A stretch of 64,000 nucleotides of DNA from Diplonema japonicum (taxonomy: Eukaryota > Protista > Euglenozoa: Diplonemea), in contig OZ025728.1 in the NCBI GenBank assembly GCA_964019335.1, forward strand, positions 310,001 to 374,000, read 5' to 3'. Numbering within the stretch: the first letter of the stretch is position 1; every line of letters begins with the position of its first letter. Below, piece by piece: positions 43,820-54,739 of this stretch. A program made the translations under genes and the position numbers. The notes beneath the pieces are model-generated. The model was not told where the DNA came from. It searched no databases and saw only the letters and a list, made by a program, of their open reading frames with translations.

Positions 43820-45865
43820 AGAGAGACATTTAAGGGTACCTGCGGTATGTGGCAGGACGCCTGAAGAGTCTCAATCTATCTCTTGATCGAACCTTTCTGC
43901 TGTGGTGTGGCCTTCGGCCCCTCGTTCACCCTCCTCGGTACCTTAGGTATAAAACCCTCAACCGAGTTGGTAAGGACACAATAGTTGTACAGTTGTTTCT
44001 CAAGGATGTGGCGGGTCACCGGGGAGGCGAATACCGGTCTAGAGGAGTAGCCCCTTACGGAGCTGTTGTAGTAACCCAACGTGCGCAGGGAGTGGACAGA
44101 AACTACTGACGCAGCTGGGATGAGGGGCGCTATGCCCTTACTGGTGTGGATGCGTTCTAGTGCCGTTATCACCCGGCCTATTACACGCGCGCTCACTTGG
44201 ATGTCCTCACCCTCTTCACAAGGTGAGAGTCCCACCGTGGCAATGAAGTCTATGGCCAGCTCAAGCCTGGAGACCTGTCCACCTGTCGTGCCCCAATGAA
44301 GGGCAGAGAGCCATCGGATGACGTGCGGGATGAGCCGTGGGAGGCACTGTTGCCTCAAACCATTGTCGTAGTACCACCTCAGTGACCGTGGCTTGAGCAA
44401 ACTCCCCTTCTCGAAAGGCCTGTTCCACAGGTGAACGCTGAAGTCCATCGTCTTTTTCCGTGCAAAGGTGAGTTGTAAGCTACCAGTGATCTCCGCCATC
44501 ATCAGCTGCAACTCGGCAGTGTCCAGCCCGAGTCCCACTGTCGCGATGCCGTGCAGTTGCGTGCACCGGGGCCACTGGTTACGTTGTGTGCACAGCGCTG
44601 CCCGCGTCTCGGAAGCTGTCCTGATGTGCTCGTGCGCCTGACAGTCCCAGAGGGTGTGCTCCAGGAGTCTCGCCGTGTGTTCCGAAATGTCGAAAGTAGC
44701 GTCGCAGCCCATGCATTTCGTCCGCCCCCCGACCGTGTCGTTGATGATCTTGGGGTGGAACGGGAAAACAGCCCCAGTTATCACTTGCAGGACCCTTCGT
44801 GCTTTGGGAGGGTTGCGGTTCGCCAGGTGCAGGTGTAGCCCGTTGGTTGCCACTTCGTCGATGTCGCCCGTCCCCTGAAAGGAGGGTCTGCTCTCCACGA
44901 GGTTCGCTCGCAGGTGGACCTTCAGGAGCTTCCTGACCTCATGCTTCAGTGCCCCAGGCTCTAGGGGGACCCATTGCCGCGCGAAATGCGCCCAGCTGGA
45001 CCCTAGTTCCTCCAGCAGCTCGTGGGTCTGTCCGAGTATCCCGCGCGGGGCGAGGGGGTTTCCGTTCCGGGCGGCCTCCTTGTAGCCGTCTCTGCACGCC
45101 CTGACGAGTGAACTGGACTCACCGTCGCTCCTCATCATCCGCGCAAACGTTGTGATCCTGCGGTATGCGGCTGCTGAGTACGGGTCCAGCCTGTGTCCTT
45201 TGAAAGCCACCCCGAGGAGGGCGCCTGACGAGCGTGTTGGGTTGTGTGGGCCCCATATGCAAGAGGTAATCTTCTTCCTGAGGGAGTCCAAGAGCGAGTC
45301 CGTGGGTGGTGTGTAGAGCACTCCGTAGAGCGCCGCAGGTAGGATGCAGTCTTCTATCAGTTGGGCCTTACGCGTTCTCGTGATTTGGGTCACTGTGAGC
45401 CTGTCGACAGCATCCAGCGCCGTGGCGATCCTTGTGTTCTTCGTCCTGGTGGGCTGCAGGCACACCGTACACCCCAACATAGTTACGCTTTTCACCGTAT
45501 CGAATAAGGTGCCCCTCATCGCCAGCCTGCTTCTGTACCCCTTCTTGGTGCTAAAGGCCTTAGTTTTCCCCGGGTGTACCGACATGTTCGTCAAGCGGCA
45601 GAGCTCGTCCAGCAAGATATGGAACTCTGGACCGCCTTCTCCGAGATCCTAGAGAAGAGGTATAGGTCGTCCGCGTAGGAGATGGGTAGGACTTCAGGGA
45701 ATGTGGTGACGCATCGCCTGGTGTAGGCAGCGAGGATGGCGTTGATGAAGACGGGTGAGATAGGGCAGCCCTGGAGGATTCCGTTTGTGGTGCGAAACAC
45801 CTCCCCTACCCCCGCCTGGAAGCGCAAACGCCGGTCGAGGTTGGCGTACATGGATCTCAGCGGCC
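43802..45865 (-). mobile_element. 5'-truncated non-LTR retrotransposon (LINE) with 3' hairpin and poly(T) tail
   Basis: RT motifs GILQGCPISP and YADD (45591-45851), frameshift, then HPGKT, LG, CxxC..EHTLWDC finger (43876-45615); TSD TTAAAAAA at 43794-43801 and 45866-45873; a related spacer without the insert is seen at ~51003-51080. Confidence 0.85.
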
Positions 45866-45977
45866 TTAAAAAAGGAAAGAAAGGAAAATTGCGTAGAGAG
45901 GCTTTTATTTAAAATTGCTCTTTATCTCGTTATACAGGTGGTGCTACATGTGGGGAAGACCTTCCCCCGTGCTTGTT

Positions 45978-46889
45978 CTACCTCCTCCTCCCACCATCAT
46001 TGTTCTGAACCATCACAGCAGTGATGTCGTTCCCATTGGCGTCGATCTCATCGGAGGTGCACGTCCGGCACTGTGCGGTATTTCCAAGGGAAGGTCCATT
46101 GTTCCTGGGGCAGTTGTTCGTCTTGCAAGTGCCACTGCTGTGGTCCCACACACAGATCCCAGGGTGGTTCGGTGTGTTGTGGCAGCTCCCCACAGTCATC
46201 CTCGCCTCGCAGTGAACAGGCATCCTCGACCCATGCCATGCAAGGAACTCAGTCGTGTCGCTCGTGTCAAAGTGAACATCCTCACCGTTGGCCATCGACT
46301 TCATGAAGGTCACCATGGAGTGCTCCACACCACCAGGAACAAGCCTGAACCTGGGAGCACAGTACATGGCCTCCCAGCCGTTGTCCATCATGTACTTGGG
46401 AAGACCACCATTGTTGAAGGAGCACCCAGGACACCTGTACTGGTACACGAAGGCTGTGCACCCATCCCACTGTTGGCCCCTCCTGGGGTTCGGGGTGGGG
46501 CAAGAAAAGGTGATGCGCTTGTTCGCAGGGAACTTCGACTCTGGAACAGTGACATCGTAGTCGTAGGCGAAGTCAGGGACGTAGCTGAAGATGGAGGTGG
46601 TGATGTCTGGCCAGGCCTTCGCCCCGTCTGTGAAGAAGGTGACCCTTGTGTTGGTGCTGCCGTGTGCATTGGCCTCTGTGTTGCTCACAGTCCCGGTGCA
46701 GGTATCTGTCTCACAAGGGTTGCTTCCCCCGCACAGGGTGCACCCGCTGGCACACTGTGCGACACCATTCACAATAGCGACCGCTTCCTCAGGGTTGGGG
46801 CACTTGTTGTCCATCGAGCCCGAGGGGCACTCGTACTTTCCAAACACACTGCCAGCAAGGGCAAGCACGAGGGCAACGCGGAACGACAT
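45978..46889 (-). CDS. Secreted Cys-rich protein, array copy 2 (N-type A)
   Basis: Signal peptide; shared core; EAMYC block; HSSGTCKT C-block. Confidence 0.85.
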   Translation of the reverse strand: MSFRVALVLALAGSVFGKYECPSGSMDNKCPNPEEAVAIVNGVAQCASGCTLCGGSNPCETDTCTGTVSNTEANAHGSTNTRVTFFTDGAKAWPDITTSIFSYVPDFAYDYDVTVPESKFPANKRITFSCPTPNPRRGQQWDGCTAFVYQYRCPGCSFNNGGLPKYMMDNGWEAMYCAPRFRLVPGGVEHSMVTFMKSMANGEDVHFDTSDTTEFLAWHGSRMPVHCEARMTVGSCHNTPNHPGICVWDHSSGTCKTNNCPRNNGPSLGNTAQCRTCTSDEIDANGNDITAVMVQNNDGGRRR

Positions 46890-47401
46890 TTTATTTGTGT
46901 AAATGGGAATCCCTCACAGTGACTAAACACGAAAGTAACGAAAAATAGAAACTAGAGAAAACCATTCGAAAGAAAGAAACGATGGGGCGGCGCAAACGAC
47001 GTGTACCAGAGGAATGGTGGGGGGTTATGTGTAAATTTGAAAGAAGAACCATAAAGGGAAGGGAAAAGAAACAAAAAGGGTATCACTTGTGCATGCCCTC
47101 TTGACGGGAAGGTGGGGTGAGGGGGTGGGTTAGAAATGCAGCCGCTTGCTCACCGTGCGGGAGCTTGTTTAGAAGAGAAACCTAAAACATGTCATGTGCG
47201 CAGCAGGTACGAACTAATCGTTTTAGATAAGAAAATTAGATTGCACCACACAAGGCCCGGTTCCCAACGACTGCTTGCAGTGTTTATAATAGGTGGGGTC
47301 GAAAACAAAAGGGAGGGAGGGAGAAAAATATAAATAGAAAATAGCAAAATATGCATGTACATCTTAGTTAATGAACTTTGAACCACGAGCCTATCGCTTG
47401 C

Positions 47402-48337
47402 CTACCTCCTGGTGCCTTGAGAGCCCTGAACCATCACAGCAGTGATGTCGTTCCCATTGGCGTCGATCTCATCGGAGGTGCACGTCTGGCACTGTTGAGC
47501 ATTCCCGAAGGACGGGCCGTAGCTCCTCTTGCAGTTGTTCTTCCTGCACACGCCCTGGTTGTGGTCCCACACACAGATCCCAGGGTGGTTCGGTGTGTTG
47601 TGGCAGCTCCCCACAGTCATCCTCGCCTCGCAGTGAACAGGCATCCTCGACCCATGCCATGCAAGGAACTCAGTCGTGTCGCTTGTGTCAAAGTGAACAT
47701 CCTCACCACTGGCCATCGACTTCATGAAGGTCACCATGGAGTGCTCCACACCACCAGGAACAAGCCTGAACCTGGGAGCACAGTACATGGCCTCCCAGCC
47801 GTTGTCCATCATGTACTTGGGAAGACCACCATTGTTGAAGGAGCACCCAGGACACCTGTACTGGTACACGAAGGCTGTGCACCCATCCCACTGTTGGCCC
47901 CTCCTGGGGTTCGGGGTGGGGCAAGAAAAGGTGATGCGCTTGTTCGCAGGGAACTTCGACTCTGGAACAGTGACATCGTAGTCGTAGGCGAAGTCAGGGA
48001 CGTAGCTGAAGATGGAGGTGGTGATGTCTGGCCAGGCCTTCGCCCCGTCTGTGAAGAAGGTGACCCTTGTGTTGGTGCTGCCGTGTGCATTGGCCTCTGT
48101 GTTGCTCACCTCGCCTTTGAGCTTTGGCATCTCGTCGCACCAGTCCCCACTGCTCCCCAACCCGCACAGGGTGCACATCTTTGACGCGCAGTACGGGACG
48201 CCGTTCCTCGTGATGATGTCGTCACCGACCTTCTCACACTGGTTGTGGTCCTTGTTGCTGCTGTGTCCGGGGCATGAGAATTGCATTGCAGCACATCCCT
48301 GTGCCAGGGCAGCAAGAACTAGTGCTTTCTTTAACAT
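47402..48337 (-). CDS. Secreted Cys-rich protein, array copy 3 (N-type B)
   Basis: Start at MLKKALVLAALAQGCAA by analogy to copy 5; shared core. Confidence 0.85.
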   Translation of the reverse strand: MLKKALVLAALAQGCAAMQFSCPGHSSNKDHNQCEKVGDDIITRNGVPYCASKMCTLCGLGSSGDWCDEMPKLKGEVSNTEANAHGSTNTRVTFFTDGAKAWPDITTSIFSYVPDFAYDYDVTVPESKFPANKRITFSCPTPNPRRGQQWDGCTAFVYQYRCPGCSFNNGGLPKYMMDNGWEAMYCAPRFRLVPGGVEHSMVTFMKSMASGEDVHFDTSDTTEFLAWHGSRMPVHCEARMTVGSCHNTPNHPGICVWDHNQGVCRKNNCKRSYGPSFGNAQQCQTCTSDEIDANGNDITAVMVQGSQGTRR

Positions 48338-48568
48338 GTTCTTGTGAATAGGGCCTGGGTTGCAAGGTGAACGAATGAATAGCATCATAACAATTGAAAA
48401 GCAGGTATGCTAAAAGGGAAACAAAAAGAAAGTGAAGAGAGCAAAGAAGAAAAATATGTAAGAAAGAAGAAAAGAGAGGGAGTGCTATAATGTACAATAG
48501 TTCGTTTATCGCCTGTAAAGCTTTTGAGAGATTCTAAAAGTTTCTACTTAAAAAGAAACAACCTCTCA

Positions 48569-49450
48569 CTATATCACAGGAGTGATGTCGTTCCCATTGG
48601 CGTCGATCTCATCGGAGGTGCACGTCTGGCACTGTGCGGTATTTCCAAGGGAAGGTCCAATGTTCCTGGGGCAGTTGTTCGTCCTGCAGGTCCCCCTGTT
48701 GTGGTCCCACACACAGATCCCAGGGTGGTTCGGTGTGTTGTGGCAGCTCCCCACAGTCATCCTCGCCTCGCAGTGAACAGGCATCCTCGACCCATGCCAT
48801 GCAAGGAACTCAGTCGTGTCGCTCGTGTCAAAGTGAACATCCTCACCGTTGGCCATCGACTTCATGAAGGTCACCATGGAGTGCTCCACACCACCAGGAA
48901 CAAGCCTGAACCTGGGAGCACAGTGTGCCGCATCCCAGCCGTTGTCCATCATGTACTTGGGAAGACCACCATTGTTGAAGGAGCACCCAGGACACCTGTA
49001 CTGGTACACGAAGGCTGTGCACCCATCCCACTGCTGGCCCCTCCTGGGGTTCGGGGTGGGGCAAGAAAAAGTGATGCGCTTGTTCGCAGGGAACTTCGAC
49101 TCTGGAACAGTGACATCGTAGTCGTAGGCGAAGTCAGGGACGTAGCTGAAGATGGAGGTGGTGATGTCTGGCCAAGCCTTCGCCCCGTCTGTGAAGAAGG
49201 TGACCCTTGTGTTGGTGCTGCCGTGCGCATTGGCCTCTGTGTTGCTCACAGTCCCGGTGCAGGTATCTGTCTCACAAGGGTTGCTTCCCCCGCACAGGGT
49301 GCACCCGCTGGCACACTGTGCGACACCATTCACAATAGCGACCGCTTCCTCAGGGTTGGGGCACTTGTTGTCCATCGAGCCCGAGGGGCACTCGTACTTT
49401 CCAAACACACTGCCAGCAAGGGCAAGCACGAGGGCAACGCGGAACGACAT
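48569..49450 (-). CDS. Secreted Cys-rich protein, array copy 4 (N-type A, short tail)
   Basis: Signal peptide; shared core; ends DITPVI. Confidence 0.85.
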   Translation of the reverse strand: MSFRVALVLALAGSVFGKYECPSGSMDNKCPNPEEAVAIVNGVAQCASGCTLCGGSNPCETDTCTGTVSNTEANAHGSTNTRVTFFTDGAKAWPDITTSIFSYVPDFAYDYDVTVPESKFPANKRITFSCPTPNPRRGQQWDGCTAFVYQYRCPGCSFNNGGLPKYMMDNGWDAAHCAPRFRLVPGGVEHSMVTFMKSMANGEDVHFDTSDTTEFLAWHGSRMPVHCEARMTVGSCHNTPNHPGICVWDHNRGTCRTNNCPRNIGPSLGNTAQCQTCTSDEIDANGNDITPVI

Positions 49451-49880
49451 CAGTAAATTTCTTCTTTCTTTCTTCTGTGTAAAAGGGTATTCCCTGTATT
49501 TGTTATTTCGCTAATCTAAAGCAAAGCCCTTGACTATTTCACATCAGCTGGGTGTGTTGCTAATCAAAGACCACCAACTACAAGGTCACACTGCAAACGA
49601 TTTGCTTGGTACAAACAATGAAAGCAAATAACAAAGGAGAGGGATGAATTAGTTGTGTAAATGTATGCAGTATAGCGGCACAGGGCACCTTAAGGAGCAT
49701 CGGATAAAAGGAGGAAAGCATGTTAACACACAGCCCTCTGCCTCGTGCTTATTTATTTTAAGGAAACATTGTCATGAGCAACCCTGTGTCCAGGGCTGCT
49801 ATGAACCAGTTGTGCGCGATATATATATTCAACAGCACCTCACGAGAAGGTGAGGCTTCAGCCCACCTCGATCATCTACC
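49451..49880. repeat. Intergenic spacer duplicated at 52008-52437
   Basis: Apparently identical sequence at offset 2557; identity extends through most of the CDS of copies 4 and 6. Confidence 0.9.
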
Positions 49881-50811
49881 TCCTGGTGCCTTGAGAGCCC
49901 TGAACCATCACAGCAGTGATGTCGTTCCCATTGGCGTCGATCTCATCGGAGGTGCACGTCTGGCACTGTTGAGCATTCCCGAAGGACGGGCCGTAGCTCC
50001 TCTTGCAGTTGTTCTTCCTGCACACGCCCTGGTTGTGGTCCCACACACAGATCCCAGGGTGGTTCGGTGTGTTGTGGCAGCTCCCCACAGTCATCCTCGC
50101 CTCGCAGTGAACAGGCATCCTCGACCCATGCCATGCAAGGAACTCAGTCGTGTCGCTTGTGTCAAAGTGAACATCCTCACCACTGGCCATCGACTTCATG
50201 AAGGTCACCATGGAGTGCTCCACACCACCAGGAACAAGCCTGAACCTGGGAGCACAGTACATGGCCTCCCAGCCGTTGTCCATCATGTACTTGGGAAGAC
50301 CACCATTGTTGAAGGAGCACCCAGGACACCTGTACTGGTACACGAAGGCTGTGCACCCATCCCACTGTTGGCCCCTCCTGGGGTTCGGGGTGGGGCAAGA
50401 AAAGGTGATGCGCTTGTTCGCAGGGAACTTCGACTCTGGAACAGTGACATCGTAGTCGTAGGCGAAGTCAGGGACGTAGCTGAAGATGGAGGTGGTGATG
50501 TCTGGCCAGGCCTTCGCCCCGTCTGTGAAGAAGGTGACCCTTGTGTTGGTGCTGCCGTGTGCATTGGCCTCTGTGTTGCTCACCTCGCCTTTGAGCTTTG
50601 GCATCTCGTCGCACCAGTCCCCACTGCTCCCCAACCCGCACAGGGTGCACATCTTTGACGCGCAGTACGGGACGCCGTTCCTCGTGATGATGTCGTCACC
50701 GACCTTCTCACACTGGTTGTGGTCCTTGTTGCTGCTGTGTCCGGGGCATGAGAATTGCATTGCAGCACATCCCTGTGCCAGGGCAGCAAGAACTAGTGCT
50801 TTCTTGAACAT
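49876..50811 (-). CDS. Secreted Cys-rich protein, array copy 5 (N-type B)
   Basis: Protein equals copy 3 except residue 2; flanks differ. Confidence 0.85.
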   Translation of the reverse strand: MFKKALVLAALAQGCAAMQFSCPGHSSNKDHNQCEKVGDDIITRNGVPYCASKMCTLCGLGSSGDWCDEMPKLKGEVSNTEANAHGSTNTRVTFFTDGAKAWPDITTSIFSYVPDFAYDYDVTVPESKFPANKRITFSCPTPNPRRGQQWDGCTAFVYQYRCPGCSFNNGGLPKYMMDNGWEAMYCAPRFRLVPGGVEHSMVTFMKSMASGEDVHFDTSDTTEFLAWHGSRMPVHCEARMTVGSCHNTPNHPGICVWDHNQGVCRKNNCKRSYGPSFGNAQQCQTCTSDEIDANGNDITAVMVQGSQGTRR

Positions 50812-51095
50812 GTTCTTGTGAATGGAAAGTTCCTATTGAATTGCTTCGTGAAATGGAGTATTTATTAAAAGAAAATGGGAGGCACTAGTAGAGAAAAGTT
50901 CAAACGGATAACTACTATCATCATCTCAGATAGGGGACACTTCCGGTCAAACATTTTTGAAAAGGTCATTTCAACTTCATCTCTAAATGGGAAATAAAAA
51001 AGGAATTTGCAGGTATGCTAAAAGGAAATAGTAGTGAAAAGGAAGGGCGGTGCTTTATCTCTTTATACAAATGGTGCTACATTCTGTCAGGCTTC

Positions 51096-52007
51096 CTACC
51101 TCCTCCTCCCACCATCATTGTTCTGAACCATCACAGCAGTGATGTCGTTCCCATTGGCGTCGATCTCATCGGAGGTGCACGTCTGGCACTGTGCGGTATT
51201 TCCAAGGGAAGGTCCATTGTTCCTGGGGCAGTTGTTCGTCTTGCAAGTGCCACTGCTGTGGTCCCACACACAGATCCCAGGGTGGTTCGGTGTGTTGTGG
51301 CAGCTCCCCACAGTCATCCTCGCCTCGCAGTGAACAGGCATCCTCGACCCATGCCATGCAAGGAACTCAGTCGTGTCGCTCGTGTCAAAGTGAACATCCT
51401 CACCGTTGGCCATCGACTTCATGAAGGTCACCATGGAGTGCTCCACACCACCAGGAACAAGCCTGAACCTGGGAGCACAGTGTGCCGCATCCCAGCCGTT
51501 GTCCATCATGTACTTGGGAAGACCACCATTGTTGAAGGAGCACCCAGGACACCTGTACTGGTACACGAAGGCTGTGCACCCATCCCACTGCTGGCCCCTC
51601 CTGGGGTTCGGGGTGGGGCAAGAAAAAGTGATGCGCTTGTTCGCAGGGAACTTCGACTCTGGAACAGTGACATCGTAGTCGTAGGCGAAGTCAGGGACGT
51701 AGCTGAAGATGGAGGTGGTGATGTCTGGCCAAGCCTTCGCCCCGTCTGTGAAGAAGGTGACCCTTGTGTTGGTGCTGCCGTGCGCATTGGCCTCTGTGTT
51801 GCTCACAGTCCCGGTGCAGGTATCTGTCTCACAAGGGTTGCTTCCCCCGCACAGGGTGCACCCGCTGGCACACTGTGCGACACCATTCACAATAGCGACC
51901 GCTTCCTCAGGGTTGGGGCACTTGTTGTCCATCGAGCCCGAGGGGCACTCGTACTTTCCAAACACACTGCCAGCAAGGGCAAGCACGAGGGCAACGCGGA
52001 ACGACAT
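51096..52007 (-). CDS. Secreted Cys-rich protein, array copy 6 (N-type A)
   Basis: DAAHC block of copy 4 combined with the HSSGTCKT C-block of copy 2. Confidence 0.85.
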   Translation of the reverse strand: MSFRVALVLALAGSVFGKYECPSGSMDNKCPNPEEAVAIVNGVAQCASGCTLCGGSNPCETDTCTGTVSNTEANAHGSTNTRVTFFTDGAKAWPDITTSIFSYVPDFAYDYDVTVPESKFPANKRITFSCPTPNPRRGQQWDGCTAFVYQYRCPGCSFNNGGLPKYMMDNGWDAAHCAPRFRLVPGGVEHSMVTFMKSMANGEDVHFDTSDTTEFLAWHGSRMPVHCEARMTVGSCHNTPNHPGICVWDHSSGTCKTNNCPRNNGPSLGNTAQCQTCTSDEIDANGNDITAVMVQNNDGGRRR

Positions 52008-52428
52008 CAGTAAATTTCTTCTTTCTTTCTTCTGTGTAAAAGGGTATTCCCTGTATTTGTTATTTCGCTAATCTAAAGCAAAGCCCTTGACTATTTCACA
52101 TCAGCTGGGTGTGTTGCTAATCAAAGACCACCAACTACAAGGTCACACTGCAAACGATTTGCTTGGTACAAACAATGAAAGCAAATAACAAAGGAGAGGG
52201 ATGAATTAGTTGTGTAAATGTATGCAGTATAGCGGCACAGGGCACCTTAAGGAGCATCGGATAAAAGGAGGAAAGCATGTTAACACACAGCCCTCTGCCT
52301 CGTGCTTATTTATTTTAAGGAAACATTGTCATGAGCAACCCTGTGTCCAGGGCTGCTATGAACCAGTTGTGCGCGATATATATATTCAACAGCACCTCAC
52401 GAGAAGGTGAGGCTTCAGCCCACCTCGA

Positions 52429-52458
52429 TCATCTACCGAGGGCAACGCGGAACGACAT
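52429..52458 (-). pseudogene. Collapsed eighth array copy (MSFRVALGR-stop)
   Basis: First 7 codons and 5' flank of a type-A gene fused directly to the stop region and 3' flank seen after copy 5. Confidence 0.8.
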
Positions 52459-53032
52459 TTTATTTGTGTAAATGGAACTTCTGGGGCAACTGGATACACC
52501 AAGGGGTAAGTAAGGAAAGGGGTGAGGGGGAGTAAAAAGGAAGGAAGAAGCAACGCAAAACAATTTGCATCAGATCATTGGTCGTGGGAGGGGTGGAATT
52601 ATGTGTAAATCTGAAAGAAAGGAACGGGGAAAAAAAGAAACAAAAAGGGATATCTCAGTTGTGTGCATAACCCTCTTACGCTTGACGGGTGGAGCCATGG
52701 GACTGTTTAGAAGCAGTCATTTAATCCATGAGAAAGACTCGAGAATGAGGAAACAGAAAAATAGGGAAAATAAAGAAGAAAGAACAGGCGTCATAATCGG
52801 TGCATGAAGCGCTAGCCATCGAATTAAGAAAGTAATCACACCACACAAAGGGCACGTGTTATGTAATTTCTGACACCAGAAAAAAGTTACGGATAATAAG
52901 GAGAAAAAAAAAGGGGGGGGGGGTGAGTAGAAAAAAATAGAAAAGAAAGAGAGGGAAAAAAGGGAGAAGAAATAGCAAAATATGCATGTACATCTTAGTT
53001 AATGAACTTTGAACTACGAGCCTATCGCTTGC

Positions 53033-53974
53033 CTACCTCCTGGTACCTTGAGAGCCCTGAACCATCACAGCAGTGATGTCGTTCCCATTGGCGTCGATCT
53101 CATCGGAGGTGCACGTCTGGCACTGTCTAGGTCTTCCTGCGTGAGGCCCAAAGTTCCTCTTGCAGAAGTTGCTCTTGCAAGTACCTTCGGTGTGGTCCCA
53201 CATGCAGATCCCAGGGTGGTTCGGGGTATCGTAGCAGCTTTCCAAAGACATCCTCCTCTCGCAGTGAACAGGCATCCTCGACCCATGCCATGCAAGGAAC
53301 TCAGTCGTGTCGCTCGTGTCAAAGTGAACATCCTCACCGTTGGCCATCGACTTCATGAAGGTCACCATGGAGTGCTCCACACCACCAGGAACAAGCCTGA
53401 ACCTGGGAGCACAGTACGAAGCTTCCCAATTGTTATCGATCATGTACTTGGGAAGACCACCAGAATTGAAGGAGCACCCAGGACACCTGTACTGGTACAC
53501 GAAGGCTGTGCACCCATCCCATTTCTGGCCCCTGTTTATGTTTGGGACGGGGCAAGAAAAGGTGATGCGCTTGTTCGCAGGGAACTTCGACTCTGGAACA
53601 GTGACATCGTAGTCGTAGGCGAAGTCAGGGACGTAGCTGAAGATGGAGGTGGTGATGTCTGGCCAGGCCTTCGCCCCGTCTGTGAAGAAGGTGACCCTTG
53701 TGTTGGTGCTGCCGTGTGCATTGGCCTCTGTGTTGCTTACGTCGCCTGTGATCCCGTCTAACGGGTAGCAGTCGTCACCTTTAGCCACACCGAACCCGCA
53801 CAACTTGCACATGTCTGTGACGCAGTGTGGGATACCATTCCTCGTGATGATGTCGTCCCCCACAACGGGGCACTGGTTCCGCTTCTTGTCGGGGCTGTGA
53901 CCGGGGCACACGTACTGCGCCCCAGAGCACCCCCCGATCAGGAATGCAAGTATGAGAAGCTTCAGAAGCGCCAT
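53033..53974 (-). CDS. Secreted Cys-rich protein, array copy 7 (N-type C, most divergent)
   Basis: Signal peptide MALLKLLILAFLIGGCSG; identical core blocks interleaved with divergent blocks. Confidence 0.85.
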   Translation of the reverse strand: MALLKLLILAFLIGGCSGAQYVCPGHSPDKKRNQCPVVGDDIITRNGIPHCVTDMCKLCGFGVAKGDDCYPLDGITGDVSNTEANAHGSTNTRVTFFTDGAKAWPDITTSIFSYVPDFAYDYDVTVPESKFPANKRITFSCPVPNINRGQKWDGCTAFVYQYRCPGCSFNSGGLPKYMIDNNWEASYCAPRFRLVPGGVEHSMVTFMKSMANGEDVHFDTSDTTEFLAWHGSRMPVHCERRMSLESCYDTPNHPGICMWDHTEGTCKSNFCKRNFGPHAGRPRQCQTCTSDEIDANGNDITAVMVQGSQGTRR

Positions 53975-54123
53975 ATTGAAAGAGATGTTTTTTTTTTTTT
54001 CTTTTTTTTTTTTTCCTCTGCATTCAAGTATTTTGCAATGCCGGGGAAGAACAAAAAAAAAAAAAAAAAAAAGAAACTAAATGTAAGATGGGATAATACG
54101 GGCTCGGATCGTGGATCTATGAT

Positions 54124-54705
54124 CTAGTGCATGTCGGAAGCGCGTACAAAACCACCACCACCACCACCACCACCCCCTGCGGGGCCTGCAGATCGCGCGG
54201 GTGGGTTGCTCTGGGAGTCGGCCCACTCGAAGAAAGAGCAAGCCTCAGATCTTTTGGGGCACTTATAAAACACCCTACCTCTGTTCTTATCGGTGTTAGC
54301 AGTGCGGGAGTCACAAGGGAGGTTGCAGAGGCAGTTGGGCACATTGGCGCTCGGTACGTAATCCGCGCACCACTTAAAGTACCTGCACGCGCTGGTGCTA
54401 CAGGCGTAGAATGTTCTGCCGTTGTTTGTACCTGTTCTTGCGGTCTTGGTGGCACAGGGAACACCACAGTCGCAGGAAGGCCCCGCAGAAGGTGGCGCTG
54501 CCATGTTTGCAGCGGGGTTGAAAAAGCTTGGGGTTTGCGGTGGTTGCTGCGCTTGCAGTACATTCCTGTGACCTCTCGCCCCTGGAGCAAGCAGTCCCTT
54601 CACCGACAACTCTTGGTCCAGCCTGTCCTCACACCACAGGCAGCATGTCAGCGAAAAATAGCTATCGCAGTACATCATCCACTCGGGCGGGTGTACTCCG
54701 TGTCT

Positions 54706-54739
<34 letters not shown>

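Noticed and set aside
42482-53761. Long plus-strand ORFs (250-335 aa) over each secreted gene
   Set aside because: Antisense shadows of codon-biased minus-strand genes; no independent features.
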